IMG/VR virus record: IMGVR_UViG_3300047399_000019
Location: 1 to 24,929 of that record
Length of the DNA: 24,929 nt
Direction: 5' to 3' (one strand)
Source of the DNA: a virus
Lineage: Duplodnaviria; Caudoviricetes
Within the stretch, counting starts at the first letter, position 1, and every line of letters begins with the position of its first letter. A program made the translations under genes and the position numbers. Under the pieces are notes generated by a model, which was not told where the DNA came from, did not search any database, and saw only the letters and a program-made list of their open reading frames with translations. Of the stretch, positions 1 through 8,672 are shown in pieces.

Positions 1-243
1 CAGCAGAACCTTGCCATTGCCAAGAAGGCTCTCGACACTTTTGGATCGCCGGAACTGCGAAGTTTGCTCCACCAGTCCCCGCTTGGGAATCACCCGGAAC
101 TGATCCGGTTCTTCTACAGGACGGGGAAGGCAATCAGCGAGGATCAGTATGTCGTGCAGGGCGGGAACGCGGCTAGCAACAAGCCAGCCGTCCGCGACTT
201 CGCGAGTGCTGCTGCGGCGCTGTACTCCACTCAACCCACTTGA
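1..243 (+). CDS. 3' end of capsid scaffolding/assembly protein (partial, not in ORF track)
   Basis: Frame 1 is open from the window edge to TGA 241-243 (QQNLAIAKKALDTFGSPELRSLLHQSPLGNHPELIRFFYRTGKAISED...ALYSTQPT). The GNHPE..RF and ISED motifs and the position just before the capsid gene fit podovirus scaffold proteins. Confidence 0.8.
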   Translation, partial: QQNLAIAKKALDTFGSPELRSLLHQSPLGNHPELIRFFYRTGKAISEDQYVVQGGNAASNKPAVRDFASAAAALYSTQPT

Positions 244-259
244 TTGAAAGGATTTGAAC

Positions 260-1285
260 ATGGCAACGGCACTTGCAACCACCAACCTTACGCTGGCCGA
301 TTGGGCCAAGCGCACCGATCCCGATGGCCGCGTCCCGGTCATCGCGGAACTGCTGTCCCAGAGCAACGAGATCCTTGAGGACTGCGTCTTCAAGGAGGGC
401 AACCTGCCCACGGGCGATCGTGTGGTGATCCGCACGGGCCTCCCGGCGGTGTACTGGCGCGCCCTGAATCAGGGCATCCCGAACAGCAAGTCCACGACCG
501 CGCAGGTCGATGAGGCTTGCGGCATTCTGGAAGCCCGTAGCGAGGTGGACAAGGATCTGGCGATGCTGAACGGCAACACCGCGCAGTTCCGCCTGTCCGA
601 GGACACCGCCTTCCTTGAAGCGATGAACCAGACGCAGGCCAGCACTCTGTTCTACGGCAACCCGGCCACCGATGCGAAGCAGTTCCTTGGTCTTGCTCCG
701 CGCTATTCGGTGACTGGCACCACCAACAACGGTCAGAACGTGATTCCCGCTGGCGCTACTGGCAGCGACAACACGTCGATCTACCTCGTTGTGTGGGGTG
801 ATCAGACCGTGTATTGCCCGTTCCCGAAGGGCAGCAAGGCTGGCCTGATCCATGAGGATCTTGGCGAGCAGACCGTGTACAACAGCGATGGCACCCGTCT
901 TCAGGCGTATGCCACCCGCTATCAATGGAAGAACGGTCTGGTCGTGAAGGACTGGCGATACGTCGTTCGCATTTCCAACATTGATGTGAGCGATCTGCTG
1001 GGCCAGACGAGTACGCAGGCATGGTCGGCATCGACCAACATCATCAAGTTGATGGCTCGCGCTCTGTACCGCATTCCGAACATGTCGATGGGTCGTGCGG
1101 CGTTCTACATGAACCGCACCGTCCACAGCGGCCTGTCGGTTGCTGCTCTTGACCGCAGCCAGTATGTGCTGAAGGTCAACGAGGGTCTGTCGCAGTTCGG
1201 CATGCCGTATTCGTGGCTGTCGTTCCTTGGAGTTCCGCTCCGTCGCGTGGACGCCATCCTGAACACCGAGTCTCTCACGACCTGA
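260..1285 (+). CDS. Major capsid protein (BPP-1 Bbp17-like, HK97-type fold)
   Basis: ATG at 260 with AAAGGA at 247-252. 341 aa with TLADWAKR..PDG, IAELLSQSNEIL, RTGLP...WR..NQG and GVPLRRVDAILNTE motifs recalled from this capsid family. Codons are strongly G/C-ending. Confidence 0.93.
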   Translation: MATALATTNLTLADWAKRTDPDGRVPVIAELLSQSNEILEDCVFKEGNLPTGDRVVIRTGLPAVYWRALNQGIPNSKSTTAQVDEACGILEARSEVDKDLAMLNGNTAQFRLSEDTAFLEAMNQTQASTLFYGNPATDAKQFLGLAPRYSVTGTTNNGQNVIPAGATGSDNTSIYLVVWGDQTVYCPFPKGSKAGLIHEDLGEQTVYNSDGTRLQAYATRYQWKNGLVVKDWRYVVRISNIDVSDLLGQTSTQAWSASTNIIKLMARALYRIPNMSMGRAAFYMNRTVHSGLSVAALDRSQYVLKVNEGLSQFGMPYSWLSFLGVPLRRVDAILNTESLTT

Positions 1286-1315
1286 AGTCGTTGAAAAAAG
1301 AAAGGACAAACTCCA

Positions 1316-1819
1316 ATGATCAATGACGCACTTGCTCGACTGTCTGGAACCAACGCCACGCCACCCGTGGCGCAGGCCATCACCACGACCGCGATTTCGG
1401 ATTACGCTTTCGACCTTCGTTCACCGACCAACGTGAACGGCGGAACCACGACCACGCAGATGCGTGATCTGGGCGAGGGCGAGGATCTGTATGTCTCGCT
1501 CACCGTCGGAACGGCCTTTACGGCTGCTGGCGCTGCAACCCTGACCCCGACGATTGAGGTTTCGGACGATCTGTCCGGCACCAACACCGTCGTGATCGGC
1601 ACGTTCGGCACCATCGCCAAGGCTTCGCTGACGGCTGGCGCGAACTTTGTGGCTCGCATCAACCCGCGACTTGGAAGCCTTGGCACCACCTATCGGTACC
1701 TGATTGTGCGGTACACGGTGGCGACTGGCCCGATGACTGCGGGTGCGATCTTCGCGGATGTCGTGACGGACATCTACGACAGCACGAAGTTCTACGGCAG
1801 CGGTTTCTCGATCACCTGA
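1316..1819 (+). CDS. Capsid cement/decoration protein (Bbp16-like jelly roll)
   Basis: Directly follows the capsid gene, with AAAGGA RBS. Beta-rich 167 aa with RDLGEGEDL, FTAAGAATL and RYL.VRYTVATGPMTAG motifs. Confidence 0.85.
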   Translation: MINDALARLSGTNATPPVAQAITTTAISDYAFDLRSPTNVNGGTTTTQMRDLGEGEDLYVSLTVGTAFTAAGAATLTPTIEVSDDLSGTNTVVIGTFGTIAKASLTAGANFVARINPRLGSLGTTYRYLIVRYTVATGPMTAGAIFADVVTDIYDSTKFYGSGFSIT

Positions 1820-1833
1820 TTCAGGAGTGGCAT

Positions 1834-2049
1834 ATGGCACAAGTCCGAGCCAAGGTCAGAGTGTTTATTGACAATGCTCTTCGCGATGCTGGCGATGTCT
1901 TTGAATACAATGGCCCGGAAAACAAGCATCTTGAGATGCTGTCGAATCCGGCGCCCTCAAATCAGGACACGCCAGAAGCGATTGTGGAACGGCCTCGTTT
2001 GCGAGGTAGGCCCCGCAAGATCGTGGAACGAGACTCTGAATCTGCGTGA
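1834..2049 (+). CDS. Small head-module protein with C-terminal AT-hook-like RGRPRK
   Basis: AGGAG RBS upstream. 71 aa filling the gap between the cement gene and the terminator. Confidence 0.8.
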   Translation: MAQVRAKVRVFIDNALRDAGDVFEYNGPENKHLEMLSNPAPSNQDTPEAIVERPRLRGRPRKIVERDSESA

Positions 2050-2064
2050 TGTGATGTGATGAGG

Positions 2065-2115
2065 TAGCAACAAAGAGGGGTGCCGCTGGGTGACCACGGC
2101 ACCCCTCTTTTGCTA
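2065..2115 (+). terminator. Intrinsic terminator/attenuator after the head genes
   Basis: Perfect 14-bp inverted repeat AAAGAGGGGTGCCG (2072-2085) / CGGCACCCCTCTTT (2097-2110), an inner TGG-GTGA-CCA mini-hairpin, and an extension TAGCA/TGCTA. The position is equivalent to T7 T-phi. Confidence 0.88.
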
Positions 2116-2125
2116 GGAGATCGAC

Positions 2126-2806
2126 ATGGCAAGTGACGTGGATATCTGCAATCTGGCGTTGGCGAATCTGGGAGACACGGCGACGGTGGCAAGCATTGAT
2201 CCGCCGGAAGGATCTTCCCAAGCGCAGCATTGCGCGCGGTTCTATCCGATTGCGCGCGACACGCTGCTTGAGATGCACAATTGGAATTTTTCGACGCGAC
2301 GCATCCTGCTTCCAGAAGTGACCAACAATTGGTCGCAGTGGAAGTATGCATATGGACTTCCGGTCGATTGCATTAATCCGATTTCGATCTTGCCAGAAGA
2401 GGCGTATGACGATTACGCAACGCGGTTTATCCCAACTGATACGCCGATGTTTGCGCACAATTACTCCCCTGTGATCGCGGCGGGCAGGTATGTCCCGCAG
2501 CCGTTCACGATTGAAACGAACCCAGACGGGACGCACGTCCTGTACACGAATCAGGAAAACGCGATCTTGCGCTATCAGGCGCTTGTGCGCGATAGCACCG
2601 AATTCTCGTCGTTGTTCGTGATTACGCTGGCATGGCATCTGGCATCAATGCTGGCTGGGCCGCTGATCAAGGGCGATGCGGGCGCGGCAGAAGCAAAGCG
2701 TTGTGCGCAGATGATGGCTGGATATCTGGCTGAAGCCCGCAAGAGTGATGCCAATCAGCGAAGCATCAAAGTCGAACACATCGTTCCGTGGACTAGCGGA
2801 CGCTAA
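2126..2806 (+). CDS. Tail tubular protein A / head-tail adaptor (T7 gp11-like)
   Basis: AGGAG RBS. N-terminal DICNLALANLG, RD.LL..HNWNF and W.YAY.LP.DC motifs; synteny. Confidence 0.9.
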   Translation: MASDVDICNLALANLGDTATVASIDPPEGSSQAQHCARFYPIARDTLLEMHNWNFSTRRILLPEVTNNWSQWKYAYGLPVDCINPISILPEEAYDDYATRFIPTDTPMFAHNYSPVIAAGRYVPQPFTIETNPDGTHVLYTNQENAILRYQALVRDSTEFSSLFVITLAWHLASMLAGPLIKGDAGAAEAKRCAQMMAGYLAEARKSDANQRSIKVEHIVPWTSGR

Positions 2807-2808
2807 TC

Positions 2809-5800
2809 ATGCCAAACACCCGGACATACAACAGGTCATTCGCTGGCGGCGAAGTGTCGCCGGAAATGTATGGACGCCTTGACGATGTCAAGTTTCAGAC
2901 TGGCGCGGCAAAAGTGCGGAACATGCTTGTTGTTCCACAGGGTCCAGTGCAGAACAGGCCCGGGTTTGCGTTTGTTCGCGAGGTCAAAGATTCAACCAAG
3001 CGAACGCGGTTGATCCCGTTCACTTACAGCACAACGCAAACGATGGTCATTGAGTTGGGCGCCGGATACATTCGATTTCATACCAACGGCGCCACGCTGA
3101 TGTCCGGGGCGGTTCCGTATGAGATCAGCAACTCGTATGCGGAGGCCGATCTCTTTGACATTCATTATGTGCAGTCCGGCGATGTTCTGACGCTTGTGCA
3201 TCCGTCATATAGGCCAAAGGAACTTCGCAGGCTTGGCGCAACCAACTGGACTCTGACAGACATCACATTTACATCATCTCTTGCACGCCCAACCGGAGTA
3301 ACGATTGCGGCAGCGCGCGGAGAAAGTTTGAACATCACATCAATCACCAAAGCAAACCCGGGAACAATCACATTTTCGAGTACGCACCAGTTTGTTGCCG
3401 GGGATGGTATTTACATTTCAGGTGTTGCCGATGGTGGAATGGTTGAATTGCAAGATGGTTTTTACAACGTCTATACCACAAACACCACGCAGGTTTCGCT
3501 CAAAGATTACAACACAGGAACGCCAATCAATACCACGGGATATGGCACCTATGTGTCTGGAGGATCAGCGCAATACGGCAATCGAATTGCCGATATTGTG
3601 AACTATTATGTTGTTACCGCTGTCATTGAAGGATCGGAAAGTGGTCCATCGACAGCGGTAAGCGCCGCAAACAATTTGTATATCAACGGTTCGTTCAACA
3701 CGATTTCTTGGACACAAGTGTCTGGCGCGACGCGATACAACGTTTATAAGCGCCAATCTGGGTTGTATGGATATGTTGGGCAGACGGCAGCGTTGTCGTT
3801 TATTGACAACAACATCGCGCCCGATATGGGCATTACGCCGCCAATCTTTGATACTACATTTGCGTATCAGGGAATTACAAGTGTTCCAGTGACAACAGGC
3901 GGGTCCAAGTATGGCTCTTTGGGAACTGGAGGAATGATCAGTTCGATTGCAGTTACCAATGGCGGAAGCGGATATATAAGTCCAACGCTGACAGTTACCG
4001 ATCCAACCGGATACGGTGCAACATTTACTGTAACTAACAATGTTGGCGGTGTAATTTTGGCAGTAACTGTTGTCACATCTGGATACAACTATTCCAATCC
4101 AGTGTTTTACCTAAACAGCACGGGTGCGGGGGCTGGTGGCGCGGTGCTGACGCCAAATATCGTTCCGCGAACCCCCGCGTCTGTAACGCTGAAAGTTACT
4201 GATGCAACCGGAACGGGCGCGATACTGGAACCCATCATTACGAATGGAGTGATTACGGGAGTCAATGTGGTGAATCCGGGTAGCGGATACACCAATCCAG
4301 TTGTGACTGTTGACAATGATGGAGGTGGATCTGGCGCAACCTTTGGAACGCCAACGCTGTCCGGCTTGGAATATCCCGGAGCCGTGTCTTACTTTGAACA
4401 GCGAAGAGTTTTTGCTGGAAGCACTGTTAATCCACAGACGTTGTGGATGACACGATCAAGTACGCAAAGTGACATGTCGTATTCGATTCCGGTCAAGGAC
4501 ACAGATCGAATCTCGTTTGAAGTTGCTGCGCGCGAAGCCAACACAATTAGGCATGTTGTACCGCTGACACAATTGATTTTGTTGACCAATTCTGCCGAAT
4601 GGCGAGTCACGTCAGTCAATAGCGATGCTTTGACGCCGACCAGCATTTCGGTGCGACCGCAGTCATACATTGGTGCCAACAACGTGCAGCCGTCAATCGT
4701 GAACAATTCGTTGGTGTATTGTGCGGCACGTGGTGGTCATGTGCGTGAGTTGGGATATTCGTGGCAGGCAAACGGATTTATTACGGGCGATCTTTCGCTT
4801 CGTGCCGCGCACTTGTTTGATCTGTTCAACATTGAGGACATGGCGTATCAAAAGTCGCCACATCCAATTCTCTGGTTTGTTTCCAGCGTTGGCAAATTGC
4901 TTGGACTGACATATGTCCCGGAAGAGCAAATTGGATCGTGGCATCAGCACGACACCGATGGAATATTTGAGAGCGTTACATGTGTTGCGGAGGGTGAAGA
5001 AGATCACGTTTACGCAATCATTCGGCGAACTATCAACGGGCAATCAAAGCGATATGTAGAACGGATGGGTGCGCAACAATTCGATCAGTTGTCGGATGCG
5101 TTCTATGTTGACAGTGGATTGACATTTGACGGAACAAACACAGGAACAACAACAATCACCGCAAGTGGCGGAAGCACATGGGGTACGGATGACACGATTA
5201 CACTGACGGCATCCGCTCCAGTGTTTTCGTATCCGGCGACCGGAGATGTTGGCGATTGCATAGTTCTGACAGATTCGCAGGGGAACAAGTATCGATTGCG
5301 TATTGCATCGCTTACATCAACTACCGTTGCAACGGCAGTTCCAGACGGGACCATTCCGGCCTCATTACGAAACACCGCGACGGCGACATGGGCGTGGGCG
5401 CGCGATTCCGTTGGATCGCTGGGGCATTTGGAAGGCAAGACCGTCAGCATTCTTGCGGACGGTGCGGTCATGGCGCAGCGAGTCGTTTCAGGTGGAACGG
5501 TGACGCTGGATCGTCCCGCAACGGTTGTTCATGTCGGATTGCAATATGACGCGGATCTTCAAACGCTGCCTGTGTCATTGAACATTGAGGGATTTGGTCA
5601 GGGCCGAATGAAGAATGTCAACAAGGCGTGGCTGCGCGTGTACAGGTCCAGCGGCATCTTTGTGGGACCGGATTCCGATCACCTTGTAGAGGCCAAGCAG
5701 CGCACAACGGAGACATACGGAGTCCCGCCAGAACTTAAGAGTGACGAAATCCTGATTGTGATGACGCCATCGTGGGCGTCAAGTGGTCAGGTATACATTC

Positions 5801-5865
5801 GACAATCCGATCCACTTCCACTCACCATTGTGAGCATGACCCTAGAAATTGCATTGGGAGGTTGA
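2809..5865 (+). CDS. Tail tubular protein B / nozzle (T7 gp12, P22 gp10-like) with large insertions
   Basis: N-terminal SFAGGEVSP...R.D, RLIPF, VQSGDV, YPGAVSYFEQRR.FAG, W..HDTDG.FESV, and C-terminal Q.DPLPLTI; synteny. Confidence 0.92.
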   Translation: MPNTRTYNRSFAGGEVSPEMYGRLDDVKFQTGAAKVRNMLVVPQGPVQNRPGFAFVREVKDSTKRTRLIPFTYSTTQTMVIELGAGYIRFHTNGATLMSGAVPYEISNSYAEADLFDIHYVQSGDVLTLVHPSYRPKELRRLGATNWTLTDITFTSSLARPTGVTIAAARGESLNITSITKANPGTITFSSTHQFVAGDGIYISGVADGGMVELQDGFYNVYTTNTTQVSLKDYNTGTPINTTGYGTYVSGGSAQYGNRIADIVNYYVVTAVIEGSESGPSTAVSAANNLYINGSFNTISWTQVSGATRYNVYKRQSGLYGYVGQTAALSFIDNNIAPDMGITPPIFDTTFAYQGITSVPVTTGGSKYGSLGTGGMISSIAVTNGGSGYISPTLTVTDPTGYGATFTVTNNVGGVILAVTVVTSGYNYSNPVFYLNSTGAGAGGAVLTPNIVPRTPASVTLKVTDATGTGAILEPIITNGVITGVNVVNPGSGYTNPVVTVDNDGGGSGATFGTPTLSGLEYPGAVSYFEQRRVFAGSTVNPQTLWMTRSSTQSDMSYSIPVKDTDRISFEVAAREANTIRHVVPLTQLILLTNSAEWRVTSVNSDALTPTSISVRPQSYIGANNVQPSIVNNSLVYCAARGGHVRELGYSWQANGFITGDLSLRAAHLFDLFNIEDMAYQKSPHPILWFVSSVGKLLGLTYVPEEQIGSWHQHDTDGIFESVTCVAEGEEDHVYAIIRRTINGQSKRYVERMGAQQFDQLSDAFYVDSGLTFDGTNTGTTTITASGGSTWGTDDTITLTASAPVFSYPATGDVGDCIVLTDSQGNKYRLRIASLTSTTVATAVPDGTIPASLRNTATATWAWARDSVGSLGHLEGKTVSILADGAVMAQRVVSGGTVTLDRPATVVHVGLQYDADLQTLPVSLNIEGFGQGRMKNVNKAWLRVYRSSGIFVGPDSDHLVEAKQRTTETYGVPPELKSDEILIVMTPSWASSGQVYIRQSDPLPLTIVSMTLEIALGG
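3871..4350 (+). repeat. Four I-x-x-[VI]-x-V-x-x-x-G-x-x-Y peptide repeats inside the nozzle
   Basis: ITSVPVTTGGSKY, ISSIAVTNGGSGY, ILAVTVVTSGYNY, ITGVNVVNPGSGY. Confidence 0.8.
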
Positions 5866-5866
5866 T

Positions 5867-6529
5867 ATGCCATACGGAGATGTAGCCGCAGAATTTTCTG
5901 GTGTTTATGCCAAAGCGCCGTCAGGCATGACATCCGGCGAAACGCTGATGGCTGGCGGGGCATTAATGTCGGTATTTGGTGCGGTCAATGGCGCGCTCGG
6001 AGCGTATTACTCCGCACAAAGCCAACAAAATCAATTGAAGATGCAGGCGGAAAACCTTCGGTTTTCGGCGCGAATGTCTGCTCTAAATGCAAGTCAAGCA
6101 GAATTTGCAGCGCAGCAAGAAACGAGGGCAGGACAGCGTGCAATTGGCAGGTACACCATGGAAGCCGGACAGCGGCGCGCATCGATGCAGGCAAGCATGG
6201 CTGCGCGCGGCGTTCAAGCAGGAGTTGGAAGTGCGGCAGATGTAATGGCAAGCATGGATTTGGTAACAACGATTGATCGATTGACTATGGATGCAAATTT
6301 AGTTCGGCAAACGGAAGCAATTAGATCGCAGCAAATGCGCTACATGACACAAGCCACGATGCAAGGCATTAGCGCCAATAATTTGTATGCAACCGCAGGA
6401 ACCATTAGTCCATACTCGGCAACATTTTCTAGCCTCATGGGAAGCGCCGCATCCATAGGTGGTACTTGGGCTAGTCAAATGCGAATGAATGAACTGATTG
6501 CAGCGCAATCGGAAAAGAGGATGGGATAA
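5867..6529 (+). CDS. Small internal virion (ejection) protein, T7 gp14-like position
   Basis: ATG at 5867 with GGAGG at 5857-5861. Gly/Ala-rich hydrophobic N- and C-terminal segments, Gln/Ala helical core, A..AARGV..G.GSA.D motif. Confidence 0.8.
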   Translation: MPYGDVAAEFSGVYAKAPSGMTSGETLMAGGALMSVFGAVNGALGAYYSAQSQQNQLKMQAENLRFSARMSALNASQAEFAAQQETRAGQRAIGRYTMEAGQRRASMQASMAARGVQAGVGSAADVMASMDLVTTIDRLTMDANLVRQTEAIRSQQMRYMTQATMQGISANNLYATAGTISPYSATFSSLMGSAASIGGTWASQMRMNELIAAQSEKRMG

Positions 6530-8655
6530 TGCCTACCGTTCCAACATCATTTGTCCCGCAGGTTTCCGATATTGGAGCAGGACAAATTGTTCCATTTGAA
6601 GCGACGCCGGGGCAACCCATGCAAAACCTTGCTCCAGAGCAGCAAGTCAAAATGGGCGCAGCGATGACGGATGCCGGGAATGTGATGTTCCGAATCGGAT
6701 CAACCATTCAGGACAAGATCAATGAGGCGGCGGCAAAGGAAGCCGATACGAAAGCATTTGCGGGGTATCAGCAAATTCTGCGCGGGCCTGAAGGCTATTT
6801 CAATGCCATGGGCAAAGATGCGGATACGCGCCTTGACCAGACGCGCGCGTCGCTGGGGGAAGTAGTCAAGAACATCGAAGACGGTCTGGCAAACCCAACG
6901 CAGAAGCGCATGTTCCGGCAGGCAGCGGCCCGCAATCTGGCAATGCTTGACGGCCAGATGATGGATCACCGCAACCGAGAGGTCACCAAATGGGAGATCA
7001 ACGGTTCGGCGGCCCGAACGGAATCGTATGTCGGCGCGGCAATTGATTCGTATCGCTTCCGAAACATGCGCACGACAGATGCGGATGGGAATGAGGTGGC
7101 AACCGGGCCGTTCCATGAGAACGTGGCGGTGGCGTTGCGCGAGCAGCATCGATTGGGCGCCCTGCTGGGAATTCCCGTCAATTCTGACCAGATGAAATCG
7201 ATGGAGCGCAAGGTGGTGACGGACATCACCGAGGGCGTGGCACAGCGGTTGTCATCAGAAAACAACTTTCAGGACGCGCTGGATTTCGTGAATCAGCAGC
7301 GCAAGGCTGGCAACTTGGATGTCAAGGCTGGCGAGCAGATGATTGCGCGCCTTACTGCGCAGCGCAAGACGCAACAGGCAAGCGAACTAGCAAACAGCAT
7401 CATGCAGTTCGGAAATCTGAATACGCCATCTGGGAGCGGCAACTATGTGCAGCCTGCTGACGGCGCGTGTTCCATTTCCCGAGACGAAGATGGCGCGTGG
7501 AAGTACCAGACGCTGGCCGGAACTCCAATTGTTGCGCCAACCGATGGGCGTGTGATTGACGTGAAGGACGATCCGAATCGCGGTCGCATCATTGCCGTCG
7601 AACTGACTGATGGCACGGTGGCGAAGTTCTATGGCGTCAATCCGCGCATATCCATGGATGTTGGGGACTATGTGCAGCGCGGATCTGCGATTGCCATGCC
7701 AGAGGTGGAGTCGGATCAGTATGGGTATTTCGGATACTCGCTTGAGCGAGATGGCAGACGTATCGATCCATCTACGGTCAATTCGCTTACGCCCGGTAGC
7801 AAGCAAATGAAGTCAGCACCTCCGGCAGACCAAGGTGAAGCGACGCGAATTGCGCGAGAGGGCATTGCGGATCCAGAATTGCGCGATGCCACAATTGCCA
7901 ATATGGATCGACAGTACGCGCAAATGCATGCCGCAACGGCAGCGACTAATGCGCGGATTGAGGCCCAGTTGGCGCAACAGATGTTGCGTGGCAATGCGCC
8001 GGATCCGCGCCTGCTGTCGCAACTGCCCGCCAAGCGCCAAAAGGAAATCCTTGAGGAGCGTCGCAAGGAAACTAGTCTGGATGTTCGCCTCGACATCGCA
8101 AAGAATGGCGGATTCGTCAGCGACGAATATCTGGTCGCGCATGCCAGCGAGATGACGAAGGAAGACCTGTTGCGCGTGTATGAGCAGAAGAATGCTCTTG
8201 GTCGCGAGCAGGACGTGATGGATGCGCAGGACATCACCGATTTCTTCAATTCGCATGAACTGACGGCATATTCAAACCCGGATGGCAAAACGCAAAAGGC
8301 CGAAGCGTTGCGTATGCGAAATGAGATTCAAAAGCGAATTCGTGCCGAGCAGGTTGGTCGCGGCGGCAAAATGACGCCAGAGGACAAGCGCGCGGCAATT
8401 GAAAAAGCCTATATCGACAACGCATACGTCGGCGGCACCGGATGGTTTACGGATACCAGCAAGTCGATGCTGATGATGACGGCAGCGGAGCGTGAAAAGG
8501 CATATGTCATGGTTGGGGAAGAGCGGATCAATCTTGCAGAGATCCCGCCGCAGTTTAAGGAAGCAGCCACGGCTTATGGCAGCATGCGCAACCAGAATCC
8601 CACGGCGGAATACATTGCGCAGATGTGGGTGAATTACGGCAAGCCTCGTCGCTGA
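6529..8655 (+). CDS. Internal virion (ejection) protein, T7 gp15-like position, with embedded degenerate M23/LytM-fold domain
   Basis: TAATG overlap with the upstream gene, MPTVP start, mostly helical. Beta-rich island at 7444-7770 with GTPIVAPTDGRV, V.VGD.V.RG-like and terminal IDP signatures. Confidence 0.8.
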   Translation: MPTVPTSFVPQVSDIGAGQIVPFEATPGQPMQNLAPEQQVKMGAAMTDAGNVMFRIGSTIQDKINEAAAKEADTKAFAGYQQILRGPEGYFNAMGKDADTRLDQTRASLGEVVKNIEDGLANPTQKRMFRQAAARNLAMLDGQMMDHRNREVTKWEINGSAARTESYVGAAIDSYRFRNMRTTDADGNEVATGPFHENVAVALREQHRLGALLGIPVNSDQMKSMERKVVTDITEGVAQRLSSENNFQDALDFVNQQRKAGNLDVKAGEQMIARLTAQRKTQQASELANSIMQFGNLNTPSGSGNYVQPADGACSISRDEDGAWKYQTLAGTPIVAPTDGRVIDVKDDPNRGRIIAVELTDGTVAKFYGVNPRISMDVGDYVQRGSAIAMPEVESDQYGYFGYSLERDGRRIDPSTVNSLTPGSKQMKSAPPADQGEATRIAREGIADPELRDATIANMDRQYAQMHAATAATNARIEAQLAQQMLRGNAPDPRLLSQLPAKRQKEILEERRKETSLDVRLDIAKNGGFVSDEYLVAHASEMTKEDLLRVYEQKNALGREQDVMDAQDITDFFNSHELTAYSNPDGKTQKAEALRMRNEIQKRIRAEQVGRGGKMTPEDKRAAIEKAYIDNAYVGGTGWFTDTSKSMLMMTAAEREKAYVMVGEERINLAEIPPQFKEAATAYGSMRNQNPTAEYIAQMWVNYGKPRR

Positions 8656-8672
8656 ATCGCACCGGAGAACCA

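Noticed and set aside
173-1309. 378-aa antisense ORF over the capsid gene
   Set aside because: Codon-aligned shadow of a gene with strong codon bias; no recognisable motifs.
1283-1315. A-rich run GAAAAAAGAAAGG as a T7 10A/10B-like frameshift site
   Set aside because: It lies after the capsid stop codon and is better explained as the leader and RBS of the cement gene.
8625-8672. Upstream extensions in the ORF track (8625, also 254, 5849, 23088)
   Set aside because: Downstream ATGs (8673, 260, 5867, 23127) have better RBS placement or coupling and avoid long overlaps.
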